A stretch of 64,000 nt of DNA from Lama guanicoe (GCA_013239625.1 MU054925.1:18409496-18473495); one strand, 5' to 3'; positions 36,901 through 50,775 are shown, counted from the stretch's first letter. Numbers and translations: made by a program. The notes: generated by a model not told the origin, from the letters alone.

Positions 36901-39369
36901 GAGGGGACAAGAGCCACTAAGTTGGTTCATTTGTTCGGCGGGTCTTTTCGGAGCGCCCGCTGTATACTATCTACTTCCACTGGGTCTGTCCTCAGGGTCC
37001 AGTAAAGAAAAGACAGACATCAAACAAACACCCTGGAAACGTGGAAGAGGGGGAAAAGGAACAAAGGGAGGGCAGAATGACTCCTCATCCCATATCCCTG
37101 ACGACACTGAGGGGTTTGTCCCTCCAGCTGTGGGAGTCCAATTTCTTTCTTTCATTCTAAATGCTGTCCCTTTTCTGCTTACATCTGTTCCCGACCCTCT
37201 CTCCTCTGTGATTTTCCTTGCATGCATTTCCTCCCTTTAACAATGCGCCAGCTTTAGGATGGTGCCAAAGCAAAATGAGATTCCCCTGGCTTCCGGTGCC
37301 AGCCTAAGGCCTCCTAAGCTCTAGGTAGGCAGCTCTCCTTTGACTTTCCAGCCCAAGATAATCACCTTTTAGTCTACGTAAGATGCAGCGTTACTGGGAT
37401 GCATTGCACTCGTGTAAACGTGACTTGAGTGCCTACGGGTTCTAGGTCACCTACAGATTTGTCCTCCACCTCGGACCCCGAGCCTAGCTCCGAGAATCCC
37501 AGCCTGTTTTTCCAAAACGAAGATGATTTCAAGAATACCTGTGCGGGACCACGCCAAACTTGCTTCCACTGAAGTTTCGGGAAGCCCAACTTTCTTCCTG
37601 AAACTTCAGAAACTCTGGCTTTCCCTCATCCCGTAAGGACCACAAACTGTTGAAAAGCAGATGCCTCTTTCAGCCTTTCTAATAAATGCAGTGAGGAGAG
37701 TCGGGACAAAGTTACTTTCAGACTGTGGGGCTCCCCCATGCCAAAGCATTCAGACTAAATGTGGGGGAGAAAAAAAAAAAAACCCAGCCAGCAATTATCC
37801 GAATGTTAAACAGCTGAATATTTGGAAAACCAAATCTTTGATTTCAAAAACCTTTTTCTCATGCATGTTTTCATGTTTCAGAAATGTCTCAAAAAAGAAA
37901 ACAAAAAGGAATCAAACTCTCAAGTTTTTTTTAAAAAAAATTGTTAAAATTGGATTCACAGTAAAATAAGTGGAAACAGTAGCAAGTGACAGATTGGTGG
38001 AAAGTTTCCTTTTCCAGTCTCCATGCCAACGCTAGCATGGGAATGCTGCCGGGTAAATGTAAAAACCAGTCAACATGGATTTTAAAATTCCTACAACTTT
38101 TTTTTTAATAGTCTATTTCATACTTGTTACTACTGAATGCCAGCTTGGGTATTCCCTGCTTCTCCGAGCATAGAAAACAGGATGTGTCCACAGAGGAAAA
38201 TCAGTTTTCAGAAGTAGATGGCTTCATACACTGCTGTTTGGGAAACAGTCCTCAGAAGGCTGTTTTGAAACAAGGTTGGAAACACTTAAAAATAGGGTTG
38301 GTTTGGTTTCATGTTGTTTCTTTTGATCCTGCTGTTGCTTGTAATTGTTTTAATACTTTAGAGGAGAAATGAAGGCCTCTGATATGACAGATCTTTGCAT
38401 CTGCAGCCAAGTTAGAAAATTGAAGTCTGAAAGTTAGTTCCTTCTTATAAAGGGAAAGATGAAAGGTTGAGTTTAATTAGTCGGTAAAAATCAGCTAGGA
38501 AGGCCATTACTGAAATAGAAATTGAAGAGTAGATTAGCTATTCTGTTCTCTTACTGTTAATACTGCCACATGAGCAATGCAGCCCTGGGACTACTGTAGA
38601 AGGAGAAGCAGACCATGTAGTTCAGAGTGTAGACCACCAATCATATTCTAGCGGACCATCAAGGCTCAGGTGAACTGGAGAGGGAGCACAGGGAAGTCCA
38701 CAGACCCCTTGTGTGTGCATCAGACTGGCCTGGATTGGGATTCTCAGTGAACACTGGGCAAACTGCTTCAACTTTTCTATGCCCGTTTTCTCACTAACAA
38801 AATGGATATAAAATACCAGCCTCATGGTGTACAACATCCATGGGGTTTGAAGAGTGTCAAGTGCTCAGCCAAGTCCCTAGAACATACTGGGAGCCCTGTT
38901 AGCATTATCACTATTGAGCCTTAATCTTTGCTGCCCTCTGATAATTTCAGCCAACACTGATAGCGTTTTCTTCTGTCTTCCATCAGATTAGATTATACAC
39001 TCCTTGCGATTAAGATCCTTGTGTTAATTTCCCACACACTTCTCTTGGCACGCAGCACAATGACAGGTATATACAGGCACTCAGTAATCAAGGATCAGTT
39101 AGAGGATCAATAATCTGCAGACAGGGCACAAGGAAGAGATGTACAATGTAGACACATTTACTGTACATGAATCAATTCAATATAGTCATCAAAAAGCTAG
39201 AGGGATCAATATTTTACCTGGGGACCTGCCAGTCTACTCAGGGGACACGTGACTGAAATGAGCTGAACTGGGAGATACAAACCTGTCATTACAGTCACTC
39301 TGGGACCCAGGCTGATGATGGCTCCATCATCACATATGTTTCATGATTACCACTGTCGGGTGGTGAAAT

Positions 39370-40130
39370 GGGTTAAATTCTGTCCCCCCACCCATCTCAT
39401 GTCCAATCTATCTGGAATCTGACCACTTTGCTCTCTGTCATGGCCACCCTTCTTGTTCTGAGCCATCATCATCTCCAGCCTGGATTCCTGGCATTGCCTC
39501 CTGACTGGCCTCCAGGGGTCTCACCCTTGTCCCCTACATCCTGTCATCCCCCCAGCTGCCTCCACTCTTCTTTGAAATTTTAAGTCAGACCCTTTGCTCC
39601 AAGCCCTGCAGTGCTTTCTTGTTTTTCCCTCCTAGAGACTTCAGGTCTTCCACTTCACCGACTACGACTACAGCTTGTCTTCCTGCCAGCCCTGCTCCAG
39701 CCACGTGGCCGCCTGAAGGTTCCCAGAACTCACAGGCACGCTCCCACAGTGAAACATCTGTCCTGAAAGTTCTCTTTGTCAGGACTAGTTTTCCCCCAAA
39801 TCAGCAGGAACGCGACTGCCTCCCTCCCTCCTTCAAGTGTTCACTCAGCTCTCACCTCAGTGAGGCTTCTCCCCACCACCCTGATAAATGTGCGACTACC
39901 CCAGCGCTCCAGATGTCCCTCACTCTACTCCTTTCCATATTTTGTTTTTTCCTCCAGCACTTGGCACCTTCTTGTCCCCCATTATTTACTTACATATTTT
40001 GCCCCGCCCCCACAACCTCCTTACACATAGACCAGAATATAAGCTCCAGGGATTTTTTTCAAGACGTCTTTTTTTCACCAATTTAAGTCCAATGCCTCCC
40101 AGGCACTTAATAAATATTCGGTGAACAAAT
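39370..40130 (-). mobile_element. L2 LINE relic
   Basis: ccatcatcatctccagcctggattcctggcattgcctcctgactggcctcc...ctcagtgaggcttctcc...caggcacttaataaatattcggtgaacaaat. Confidence 0.75.
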
Positions 40131-40484
40131 TACTCAAAATGTGGAGAAGAAATTGAATGGATGGATTGGTGGATGAGAAAGGATTGGATAGGAGGCTACT
40201 GCCGTGGCCCAGGGGGCTTCTGCTACTGTTGTTGGCAGTAAAGAGGGAGGAAAGTGAACTGATTCACTGAAGCAGTGAAACAGGTAGAGCCTATTACTGA
40301 GTGAGATAAAAGGTGGAAAAGGAAATGCCCAAATTCCTCACCAGGATTTACCTTTCATAACAGATCGACACCAGGCATGCTGGGGTACAGAAAAGAACTG
40401 AAATTCTGGCCAGATAGAGTCTCATTAAATTGTTTAAATCTGTCCATTTCATATAATACAGCCACAGTGGTAAAATTTTTGATC

Positions 40485-40660
40485 AAGAGTTGGCAAACTG
40501 TGATGTACTGCTTGTTTTTATGAATAAAGTTTTATTAGAACACAGCCACGCTTGTTTACATGTTGTCTGTGACTGCTTTCCCACTGCAAGGAATGTTTTT
40601 GAGAGAGAGACTGTATGGCCCATAACGCTTAAAACATTTATTATTTGATCTTTTGTAGAA
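40485..40660. mobile_element. MER58A-like hAT DNA transposon
   Basis: gagttggcaaact...gtttttatgaataaagttttattagaacacagccacgc...gaaaagtttgccgactcctg. Confidence 0.8.
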
Positions 40661-42689
40661 AAGTTTGCCGACTCCTGCTTTGGATAATATAGAAGAGGAT
40701 CTGGAGTTTCTTGACAGCTCCTCAGGGCAAATTTATTACCACCAGATTTTCCTGGGCCTGTTATGGACTGTATTTTTGATGTTCCCTCTGGTTTATCAGT
40801 TCCACCTTGTTATATGTACTTTTCATTTCTATTGTCTGTTACACCGCAGGCGCTCAAGAAATGATTGTCGGCAGAATTTGAGGTGGAAGGACAATGTGTG
40901 TCTGGTCTGCCACCTTGAACTGGGAGCCTGAAACCTCTTCTCCTGTATGTAAGCGAAGAGCACTTTCATGACTCTTGTATATGAAGTTCTAGTTTTAAAA
41001 GTGATTCTAGCTTGCTTGAGGACATACTTTTTTGGTGTGTCTCATCTTTGCATGACTTCTAATTAATTATTACAGCACAATAGGTGGGCCTGGTAATTTC
41101 ATAGCTGGGTCCCATTTGCCTTTGTGTAAATGATTTTCACTTAGATGGATTCAAAACAAGTAAAATAGATATTCTGCTTGCTTTTTTACCCTTCATCCTT
41201 TATCACTGTACTATTTCACGGTGGCTTTTCTTGTTAAGAAACCCATAATATCAGTCTGAAGTATCTTTTTAAAATAATAACCATGCTTTAAATGTGACAT
41301 GAAAAATGGAATTGCTTTTATAATTCTAAATAAGACATCTATTTTAATCCACTTCAATGCTGATGATTCCTCTTTATTTTTAAAAATAAATCACCATGCT
41401 TCAATTTGAAAGCCAATTGTCTATGGAGGCACTAAAATTATTTGGTCTATTCAAGTGATAATGTACAATAAAGTTTACCTATTTTTAAATAGTTGAAATA
41501 TTAATCCAGGAGAAAGAGTTTTCTTAAAACAATTAGTATAAAATACATTTGAAATAATATGAGGGGTCAGGGTGAACATTTGGTTCTCAGAGATTTAGGT
41601 TTTATTCATTATAATGCTGAATGTATTTAATATTCATTTTTAGCATTGAAGAGGGGCCTTAAGGCTAAAGCTTATATATCATGTTTTTCATTAATAGGAA
41701 GGGATTGTTATGCAAATCTGTAGCATATCTGGTAACTTTCCAGAGAGAAAGAGAAAGTCTCATATAGCAAAGAGCTTTTTTAAAAAATAAAAAACAGGGC
41801 TAGGTACTTACTTTTTATTATTTTAGATCAACATTTATTTGCTATCCCATACTAGTAAATTTCATTTAGCAATTTGTTTTTCTCCTCAAAATTTGGATCA
41901 TATTTATTTTTATACTGAGGGAAAGGATGTGAAATGATAAGGTATCCAGACATAGGAATTTTAGGCACAGACCAGTTAAGAGAGTCTTCATTTCTAAATG
42001 TAAAGCTGGCTCTCTCTCTGCTTTGCACATGATTGGTGCTCAATAAATCTCAATACCTCTTCTATAACAGCCCCAGTTACCCATGGGACAGGTACTGTCA
42101 CAATCCCCATTTTACGGATAAAGAAAGTGAGATTTGGAGAGCCTAACACAGAATCACGACTTCTAAGTAGTAGAGCTGGGTCTCAACCCAAGTTGGTCTG
42201 ATGCCGAAAACTTCATTATTATAGCTTCTCTACCTGTTTCCATACTTCATTTAAATATTGCCATAAAAGATGTAAAAAGCCAATAACCGGAAGAAACAAT
42301 CATTATGTTGTGTATTTTCCTCAAACTCATCTTAAAACCTCTTCTCTCTCTTCAACTCAGAGATTAAGACTTAAAAACAAAATGGCAGAAAACAGATACA
42401 ATTCCAGATTTTTTGTTTAGGGGTACTTTTTTCAGAGGGATTCCCTAAAGAATAGATTCAGAAGAGCTGTTACTTTTGGTAACAGAAAGAGGCGATCAAA
42501 ATTCTGCTCTGCAGGTTCACTTGTCAGAGTTCTAAGATAAGACTGGTACTTCTGTTCTCACAAGCAGCTGACCAAAGGCACCTTGCTTGCATTTTTAGGC
42601 AGAAAGGTCAGTAGAGTGAGCCCAAGGTTAGAGGCTGAGGACTCTGGCACAGCATTTACCCATGAGGGTTTCTTCGTAGAAAAAGACTG

Positions 42690-42830
42690 AGTTTTATGAT
42701 CCTGTGATTTTTTGGAGACCTCTTAAGGAGTCACAATTCGTATCAACACATTAAAGGCCCTGAGAAGTCCTGCAAGAAGACACGAGCGCAACTTGGTGCA
42801 ATCCAGCGTTTCTGAAACCTGTGGGGATAG
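42690..42830. mobile_element. MER103-like hAT relic
   Basis: cacattaaaggccctgagaagtcctgcaag...ccagcgtttctgaaac. Confidence 0.55.
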
Positions 42831-44554
42831 AGCACTTTTTGCATGTGCCAGAGATCAAATCTTAGGCAAATCTGAATCCCCTCTCTCAAGCACATGCAAG
42901 TCTTACCAAAAAAATGCACTAACTTTTGGATAAGTGTTTTGAATATCTAGCCAGTATGAGATGAGCTCATGGATCAAATAAGAGGAATGTTAGATACTCT
43001 AATTTACCTAACTTGCTTTACAGATGAGGAACCTGAGAATCTGAAAGATTTCATGTTGTGGGAAAAAGGGGACAGGGCTGGGAGTGGGTCGTGCCTCTCC
43101 TGCTTCCTAGTTCGGGTTTCTTTCTTTATTTTTTTGACCATACATGCACCTCTTTGAGTAATGGGTGCCCATTGACAAAACAGTTACAAACACATTTTCC
43201 AAAAACAGGAGACTGTGTTATAAATATTCCTGCCCTGTATGTTGAGTCATGGCAGTGGCTGGTTCCATTTTTCGCACCGTAAGAGAAATGGCCATCAAAT
43301 TGAGCATTCACGTTACAGCACCTGGGTCTCTACCCGCTGGTGTCATCTGCCCTTTGCACAGTTTGGCAGAGCTTGGGTTTGCTAAGTGTAAACACAATTA
43401 TCATCAACATTTGGTCCATGAATTAACAAAAAAGGACAGTGTAGGCTTGGGGGTGGGGGAGTTGTTGGAAAATTACTTCGGGTGGGATAAACTCTCACTT
43501 GAAGAATCCTAGGTGGTAAACTGGTAACTCATTTGTTTACTTCTAAAATGTTTCCGAGCTGATAGATGCAATTCACCGTAATGAAAGTACTTCCAAGCCC
43601 TAGCCAATGATCCATGGTAATGGTGCTTTTATGATCTTATTATGGCAACCTCCCCTCCGTTTTCCCTTGGGTTGGTCTGTTTAATAGACTCCCATCAAGG
43701 TAGTTGGAGAGGGAGAGGGAGTCAGGTCAGATGAGTTCCGAGGGAGCTTCAAAGTGTTTTCTTCACAGACTGAGGCTTCAGAACCCAGCCTTTCCTGACT
43801 CAGGGGTTCATGGTCTCCCTTAAAGCTGATGAAAACCCCAAAATCTTATCCCAGCACTAAGTGCTTCCAGCTGTTAAGTCATTTTTAAATTAATTAACTG
43901 CCAGTCTGATTTGTACATTGATCTCTCTCATCAATCAGTTTGTGTGAAATAGTAGATTTCAAACTTTTTTTTCCCTAGTGGAGCAGCCTAGTTTGGATAA
44001 GCATCCTGTCAGATAAAATTCGTCTTGATTTCCTTTCTTTTACATGCAGATAGGGCAGTGGGAGCTGTGAAGGGAAAACACAGGGCAGTTTTAGTTACCA
44101 GAGACCCGCCCAGGGTCCCTGCTAGGAGCCTGGAGGCTTTGAGAGAGAAAAGTGCTGTGAGGACCAGCCTACAACAGGGCATGTTGCTACCAGATGTTTC
44201 TCTGTAGAGCCACAGTTTCCCCATCATCGTGTTCAAAGCCCTAAACTGATTTCCTACACGAACAGCTCGTCTCATTAAGTCCATATCCCTCTGAAAAGCA
44301 TGGAAGGTTCTCTGTGATTTGAACCCAGTCTCCCTGTTCAGCGCTCTCACCTTTGAATTCTAACCAGGCAGGTTTCTTTCCTGACGTCACACAAACCAGG
44401 AACATCCACCAGCGTCCCAGCTTCTGCCTTCCCTCCTGCAGGACTGTCTCTGCCCTGTCTCACTACCTATTCACTCAAGGCCAAAGTTACAATCTCCCCT
44501 CCAAAGTGGGGACCACTGTGGTCCACATTTCACTTTCTCTTCTAAAATCTGAGA

Positions 44555-44810
44555 GCGTGTGGAGTGTAGCCCTTGACTACCCGAGAGACACATCTGGATC
44601 TGAATCAGGGCTCCTTCACTGGCTCTCTGTTACTTTGCAGCTCTGAGCCTCAGGATTCCTCATCTGTAAAATGGGGATAATGATGGCTTCCTCCTCAGAG
44701 GGTTGCTAAGAGAACTACATGAAACAACGTGTGTGAAAACGAAATGAAATAAGGGATAAATGTGATCTATCAACTGCATCGTTGTAAGAGCTCAATAAAT
44801 GTAAGTGATC
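44555..44810 (+). mobile_element. MIR SINE
   Basis: ctctgagcctcaggattcctcatctgtaaaatggggataatgatg...ctcaataaatg. Confidence 0.8.
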
Positions 44811-46461
44811 AGTATCCTTGTACTTCCCTAATAGGTAGGAAGTGACAGGTAGGTGATAACAAGAACTGAACATACTCAGACCATGTAACGTGCTTAGCAG
44901 ATGGCATGGCATACAGTGTGCCCTGTCTTTGTTTATTAGCTATTATATAATGATGATGATGGTGGTATCACAGGGTAAGGGAAAAAGGAAGTGACGCACT
45001 TTAATATTTATGTGCCTAGCATAGTGCCTGGCATATGAGAGTGTTTGAAAATGTTAGCTATTCCCATTGCATATTCCTTTGTATTATCACATACGTATTT
45101 CTTAAATGTAAGTCTGTTTGTAATTTTTCTGTTCCCCCAATATTAGGCCTCTGGTGTGTTTCCTTTTTTTTTTTTTAAGTTTTGAATGTTCGCCTCAATT
45201 ATAACGAGTCATGTTATATCAACCAATGAGTTCTTGAAGTCAAAGAGTATAAAATGTCCAAATACCCGCAGTACACTTTGTATTTTGAATACTATTATTT
45301 ACTTTTCTTAAATACTATGATACACCTATTAAAAGGTTGCACAAATTTGGGGCTTAGTAACATGTTGTCAGAAGTTGGGGGCTCTGGTCAACAGCTCCCC
45401 TTTTCCCTTACTGGGGCAGTGCAGATTTAACAGGCACTGAATCAACTCAAGAGATGTAGGCTGTGAAAGTAGAAAGGCTTTCTGGTCTGGCCTTCGAGGT
45501 CTGCTTGTTAAGGTCTTTTTACATCAATCTTTATCTAAAGAGTGTTGCTCTGGAGTCAGACTTGATGGAGCCCAGTACCAGCTCTGCCATTTACCATCTG
45601 ACTAGCCTTGGGAAAGAGATGTTATGTTTTCAGAGCTTCAGTCCTCTTATCAATAAAATGAAGCATAATAATAAGACCCACCGTAGAGGGTGGTTATGAG
45701 AAATAGACGACAATACGCCTGACGCACTGCAAGGACCCAACAAAACATTTGCTATTATAAAAGGAAAGGGCATTGTGCCAGCGCCGGCGTCCTGGTCTTG
45801 ACAATGGACCCTGGTTATATAAGACGGTATTGTTGGGGAAAGTGGGTGAAGGGTATTCAGGAACTCTCTGTACTATTTTTGCAATGTCTCATGAGTCTAA
45901 AATTATTTCCAAAAAAGTGTTGGAAAGAAGGAAGGAAGGAAGGAAAGGAAGGAGAGAAGGAAAGAAAAGACAGTCCCCGAGCTCAGTTCAGCAATGCTGA
46001 CCATCATTAGGTCTGAGGGCATCCAACCTGAAAATGTGCCTGTGTGGCTTCAGTGACAGGCAGGTCTCCCTTGAACTTGGGGAGGAGCACAGTCAGACCA
46101 CACAAGGCTCTCGCCTTGCACTGACTCCGAAGCGCTGCAGCCCTCTGCTTAAACGCGCAAGGAGAGGCTACAGGAGCCAGGCGGTCTGAGCGCTGGCCCT
46201 CGGGCAGTGAGGGATTTTATCCTAAATCGACAGATTGGCATTCTGATTTCATGATCCACATCGAGGAGGTTATCCTAAGTGCCCTTCTCTGCAGGTGCAG
46301 AGAAGTCAGGCTCAGAGTCTGCAAGACTCAGGAAGACCTTGGGTGATCACCACTGGATCAAGGCGATGGAAGCTTTCCCTGGAAAGTGTATCCCCTCTCG
46401 GTTCTGCAAATGGAGATTTTTAGGCTTTTCTAGTTCTGGTTAATCACTCCCCATAAAGCAC

Positions 46462-46645
46462 AGGGCAGCCCAATAAAACTTTCCAGAAGGATGGAAATAT
46501 TCCATACCTGTGCAGTCCAGGACAGTCCAACTAGTCACATATGCCTACAGAGCTCTTGAAATGTGTGGCCAGTGCAACTGAGGAATGAAATTTTCAATTT
46601 AACTTAAATTTAAATAGCCATACGTGGCTAGTGATGACTGTATTA
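46462..46645. mobile_element. MER3-like hAT DNA transposon
   Basis: ccaataaaactttcc...gatggaaatattc...cttgaaatgtg...agtgcaactgaggaatgaaatttt...aatagccatacgtggctagtg. Confidence 0.75.
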
Positions 46646-49208
46646 TATGAAACAGACACAAATTAAACATTTTCTACACTGCTGTGAAGATTTTTTTGCA
46701 ACATAAGGCTGGAAAAGAATTCAAAAGATGTACCAATATCCCTAGCCATCTTTTTTGAGTGAAATGTCTTCTCTTCTGACAGCCTGAATGGTAGGAGAAA
46801 AAGGCTCAGCCCGCAAATACCATGGATGACCTGCTCCTATGGAAGATACGTCAGTCAGGGAAACATATTAACCAGTTCTAATAAAAATGATAATAGCAAA
46901 CGTTAAAATAAGTGCTTACTAGATGCCAGGAATTGTGCTAAGTGTTTAAAACACACGACCTTCTATAATTCTCCCAACATACCCAAGTAGTTACTGTTAG
47001 AGCAACATCTAGCATCTCGAGGGCTCCCGCCTGTCAGGCGTGATGCTGAAACCTTCCCCAATTTGTCTCACTTAATCCTTCCAACTCTGTAAACTATGCA
47101 CTAATATTACCCCACCTATAAGCCCTGTGGTTTTGTGCAAGTTTCTTAACCTCAGAAAAATGAAACACATAATCTAAACATAAACGTATACAATTATATA
47201 TGTGCATTGAAAAAAATACTAACATGAGTGCCTGTGTGGCCAACACCCAGCTTCAGCATTTGAACACTGCCCGTGCTTCTGAAGCTCTTATGTGTCCTTA
47301 CCCAAGAATACACCCTAATTTTTCTGTGGGTTAACCATTTCCTAACTTGTGTTTTGCCAGTGATGTACAGATTCCCTCAAGAGACACAGATTTTTCTTCT
47401 ACTTCATTCCACGAGTGTCTTTGAGCCTCTTACTCTTTTTCCAGGTTTTACAGAACTTGACTTCTGAATTCCTCAGGAATCTCTGAATTCCAACTACGAA
47501 TGAAACTCAATTCAAACTGGCTTAAGCAAAGAAAGAATTTATGTACTCTAGAAACTGGAAGGACCAGGGGTGGCTACGGCTGGTCTTCTGTCGTGTGTTG
47601 GGTTGACCTGGTCTCCTCTGTCGGGCTCTCTTGAATGAGCTAGCCCCAGCAGCTCCAGGCTGACACCCTCTCTGTTTCTCGTTTACCGAAAGTGGGAGCA
47701 GCTCCCTCTCCAAGAATTCCAGCAGAGAACCCAAGACTGAGTCTCAGTGGACCATTATGGGTTAGGTCCTCATCTCTGAACCCATCCCTATAGCCACAGA
47801 GATGGGCTGTGCTGTTGGACAGACTTGTGACATGGGGGGTGTGATGATGATATGCATATGAGGGTAGTCCCAACAGGCCACTTGAACTTAAGGTGAGAAA
47901 CAGAGGTGGTTCTTCTAAGGAAAATAAAGGTGACGGTAACGAAGACAGGACAGATGTGCATAGGCAAAAGCAAGAGATGCGTGCCCCACTTTTGAACCAA
48001 GAATGTTGTTTCACTTCTGAGCCAAAAGGGTTACTCTGTATACATCTCAGCTACTGAAGAGTTAGGCACACCTCCCCAAGACACAGGAAGCAACAAAACT
48101 GTTCCTCTGAGAACCTTCTCAACCTCTTGGGAAAACAGAGGCTCTCTCAAACATTCTATTTCTAAAGGAAAACATTAGCAAAGTCTTTATCTTTGGCTTT
48201 TCGTTTTTATACACCATAGTCTTTCTTTGACTCTAAAAATGTACTTTTTATGTTTAAATTGGATAGTACGTCTCTAACTTCCTACTTGATGACTACATAC
48301 AGTCTCTCCACACCAGAATGAGGTAAATGAAAAAGAAATTAGTGGGTGTTATTTCCGAGACGTGTGGTTCAGGGATCATCAGAAAAAGCTCGACACAAAC
48401 ATAATGCAACCTATGATTACTCATAATAAAGATAACCACCAGACAATGAGACTTTATGGGGCTAAAATTATGAAATATTTATAGACTAGCTCATTTTGTT
48501 TGCCACCGCAAACTAGTTTTCATTTTCCACATTTCTCTCTTTGCTTCTCTTCGAAGCCATGGAAACAGCCCCCTCCTTTTTTTTTCCCTATGCAAATAGA
48601 TTCACCTCAGCATTTACTGACCTTTCCTTGGCATATTCTTTGACTGTGACCATGTCAGTTGTGTAAGAACACAAGGAAACTGGTCATAAATGCTTTCGGA
48701 AGACAACGATGTCAAACCTGACTTTGAATCCATAACGGCACAATTACTTTGTAGATTTTTAAAATTTCTCTATCAACCATGATTTTTTCCACCTTAAAAT
48801 AATCATATTCTTCCACAAGACTTCTGGAAGGAAAAAGAGGATGTTTCATTCTATAGACCTATATTCCCCAAATTTCCACACAAAGCCTACTTCTGTAAAC
48901 TGAATCATCATTTAAGATCCAGGGTAACTCAAAACTTTTTTCCCGTGAGTCACGGAATAGTTTTAATTTATAAGGAGAAAAATACTTCTGAGCTATCTTA
49001 CGTAACCTTACATAAGGAATCTCATGTTCCGTTTATAGCTGTATCGTGCAGCTGAGATGCTAGTGAGAAGTAACCTACCTAATATACTCTCATAGCGAGT
49101 TTCTCCTGTCATTTGTGTGTGTGTTTATTGTAATTGCAGATTTTGTTTTCAATGTTTACCTAAAAGAAGGCAGCTCTACAGGACCACAAGAAGATTATTT
49201 TCTTCACA

Positions 49209-49371
49209 TCTCTCCTGTAGTTTGTTAACTTTTTTTATTATTTATTTTATTTTCATTAATTAATTAATCTCCCTTTAATGGGGGCACTGGGGATTGAACC
49301 CAGGAACCTGTGCATGCCAAGCATGCGCTCTACCACTGAGATATACCCTCCACCTTCTCTCCTGTAGTTTG
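49209..49371 (-). mobile_element. Camelid tRNA-derived SINE (Vic-1-like) with a perfect 16-bp TSD
   Basis: Minus strand reads gagggtatatctcagtggtagagcgcatgcttggcatgcacaggttcctgggttcaatccccagtgcc plus an A-rich tail. TSD tctctcctgtagtttg at 49209-49224 and 49356-49371. Confidence 0.9.
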
Positions 49372-49464
49372 AATATAATTTATCATTAATTATACGTTTG
49401 TAGATAATTAAGACAAAACATATACATTTTTAAATGGCTTTTTGAATGAAAAAGGTCACCAGTT

Positions 49465-49662
49465 AAACCTTTGCGACTGAGGGCGATTTTGCCCCTAAGA
49501 GGGTATCTGGCAACGTCTGGAGATGTATTTGTTTTTACAACTTGGAAGAGGGGGTTGAATGCAGGCCAGGGATGCTGGTAGACATCCTATGATGCACAGG
49601 ACAGCCCCCACAGCAAAGACCAATCTAGCCCCTCATGTCAATATTGAGATTGAAAAACCTTG
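49465..49662 (+). mobile_element. MER20 hAT-Charlie DNA transposon
   Basis: gggcgattttgcccc...tggcaacgtctggaga...ggccagggatgctg...gcacaggacagcccccacagcaaag. Confidence 0.8.
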
Positions 49663-50329
49663 GGTTAAATTAACCTGTTACTGCAGGTAGAGACTCCCAC
49701 AAAGTCGATAAACCCTGTTCTTTTATTTGTTCTGCTGGTGCTGTTTAAAGTGTCACACTAACCCTGTATCTGTCAAGAAGCTAGACTGAGAAGCCTTCCG
49801 ACCTACTTGATCTACTTCTATACTCATCCTCTGCTTCTCCCTTCCTTTGAAACTGAACTTCTAACGTCAACCTTCCTCCAAGGCTTGGGAGCAGCTGCAA
49901 CTAACAGAACAAGCCAACTTCTTCTGGCTTTGCCAACCGAGGTGTTGTTTTCCTCACATAAAAGCAGAGTTGGGGTGGCTGTCCAGGGACAGTGTGCTGA
50001 ACCCAGGATGCCATTGAAGACGGGGGCTTCCTTCACACTTCCACCCAGCCATACTTAGCCCCTGTCCCTGCGTGGTGGCACGATGGCTGCTCCACCGACA
50101 GCCTAAGTGAGTAGGGGGAGGGCAAAGGATAAAGAGCGCCTACAGACTGAGAATGTCTGCTCTGATGAGCGCCCCAACTAGGTACTCACCGGTCACCCTC
50201 CAACACCGCACTCTGGTTGCTTTCCATGCAGCACTTACCATATTTGATAATGACATTTTAATTTGTTTTCTTGCTCTGGGCCCGTCTCCACCCCACACTA
50301 GTTGCTACATTTTTTAAAGTGAAGTCAGC

Positions 50330-50775
50330 CGCCCTGCCGAGGCTCTGCCCACCCACCCTGGCATCCTTTTTTACCATTTCTGGGCTCTCCTCCCTTTGCC
50401 ACCTTGGATCTTGAATGCTAACAGCAGAACCTGTGGCGGGGACGCTCTCAGGCTCCTGGAGGGGATCTCCTCTACCTGTGCAGGGGACCAGGAGTGACGG
50501 AGTGTTTTCACCCCCACGGGGAGGTCTGGGGCTATGAAAGCACAGATCCCTTACCCTGAGTCAGGAAAAAACTCCAAGGTGTAGTTTACACTCCAGGGCA
50601 CCCTGCAGGAGCAGGCCGAGGCTGGGGCTTTGCTTGAGAGCACCACAAGGCTGCCTCCTTCTTTTGCTTGTCCTGGTCCCCCACTTCCTTATCCCGCTCT
50701 CCTAGGAATGCCACCCTAAGAAATCATTTCTACAAGACTCTCTTCTCTGTCTCAGAGTCCCCTCCTGGGGAACAA
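50330..50775 (+). mobile_element. ERVL (LTR16-like) solo LTR relic
   Basis: gcaccctgcaggagcaggccgaggctggggctttgc...aaatcatttctacaag...tctcagagtcc...ctggggaac. Confidence 0.55.

Noticed and set aside
36045-37005. Plus-strand ORFs of 124-265 aa antisense to PROK2 exon 1
   Set aside because: Low-complexity Arg/Pro/Gly/Ala translations typical of CpG islands, with non-ATG starts in the cases checked.
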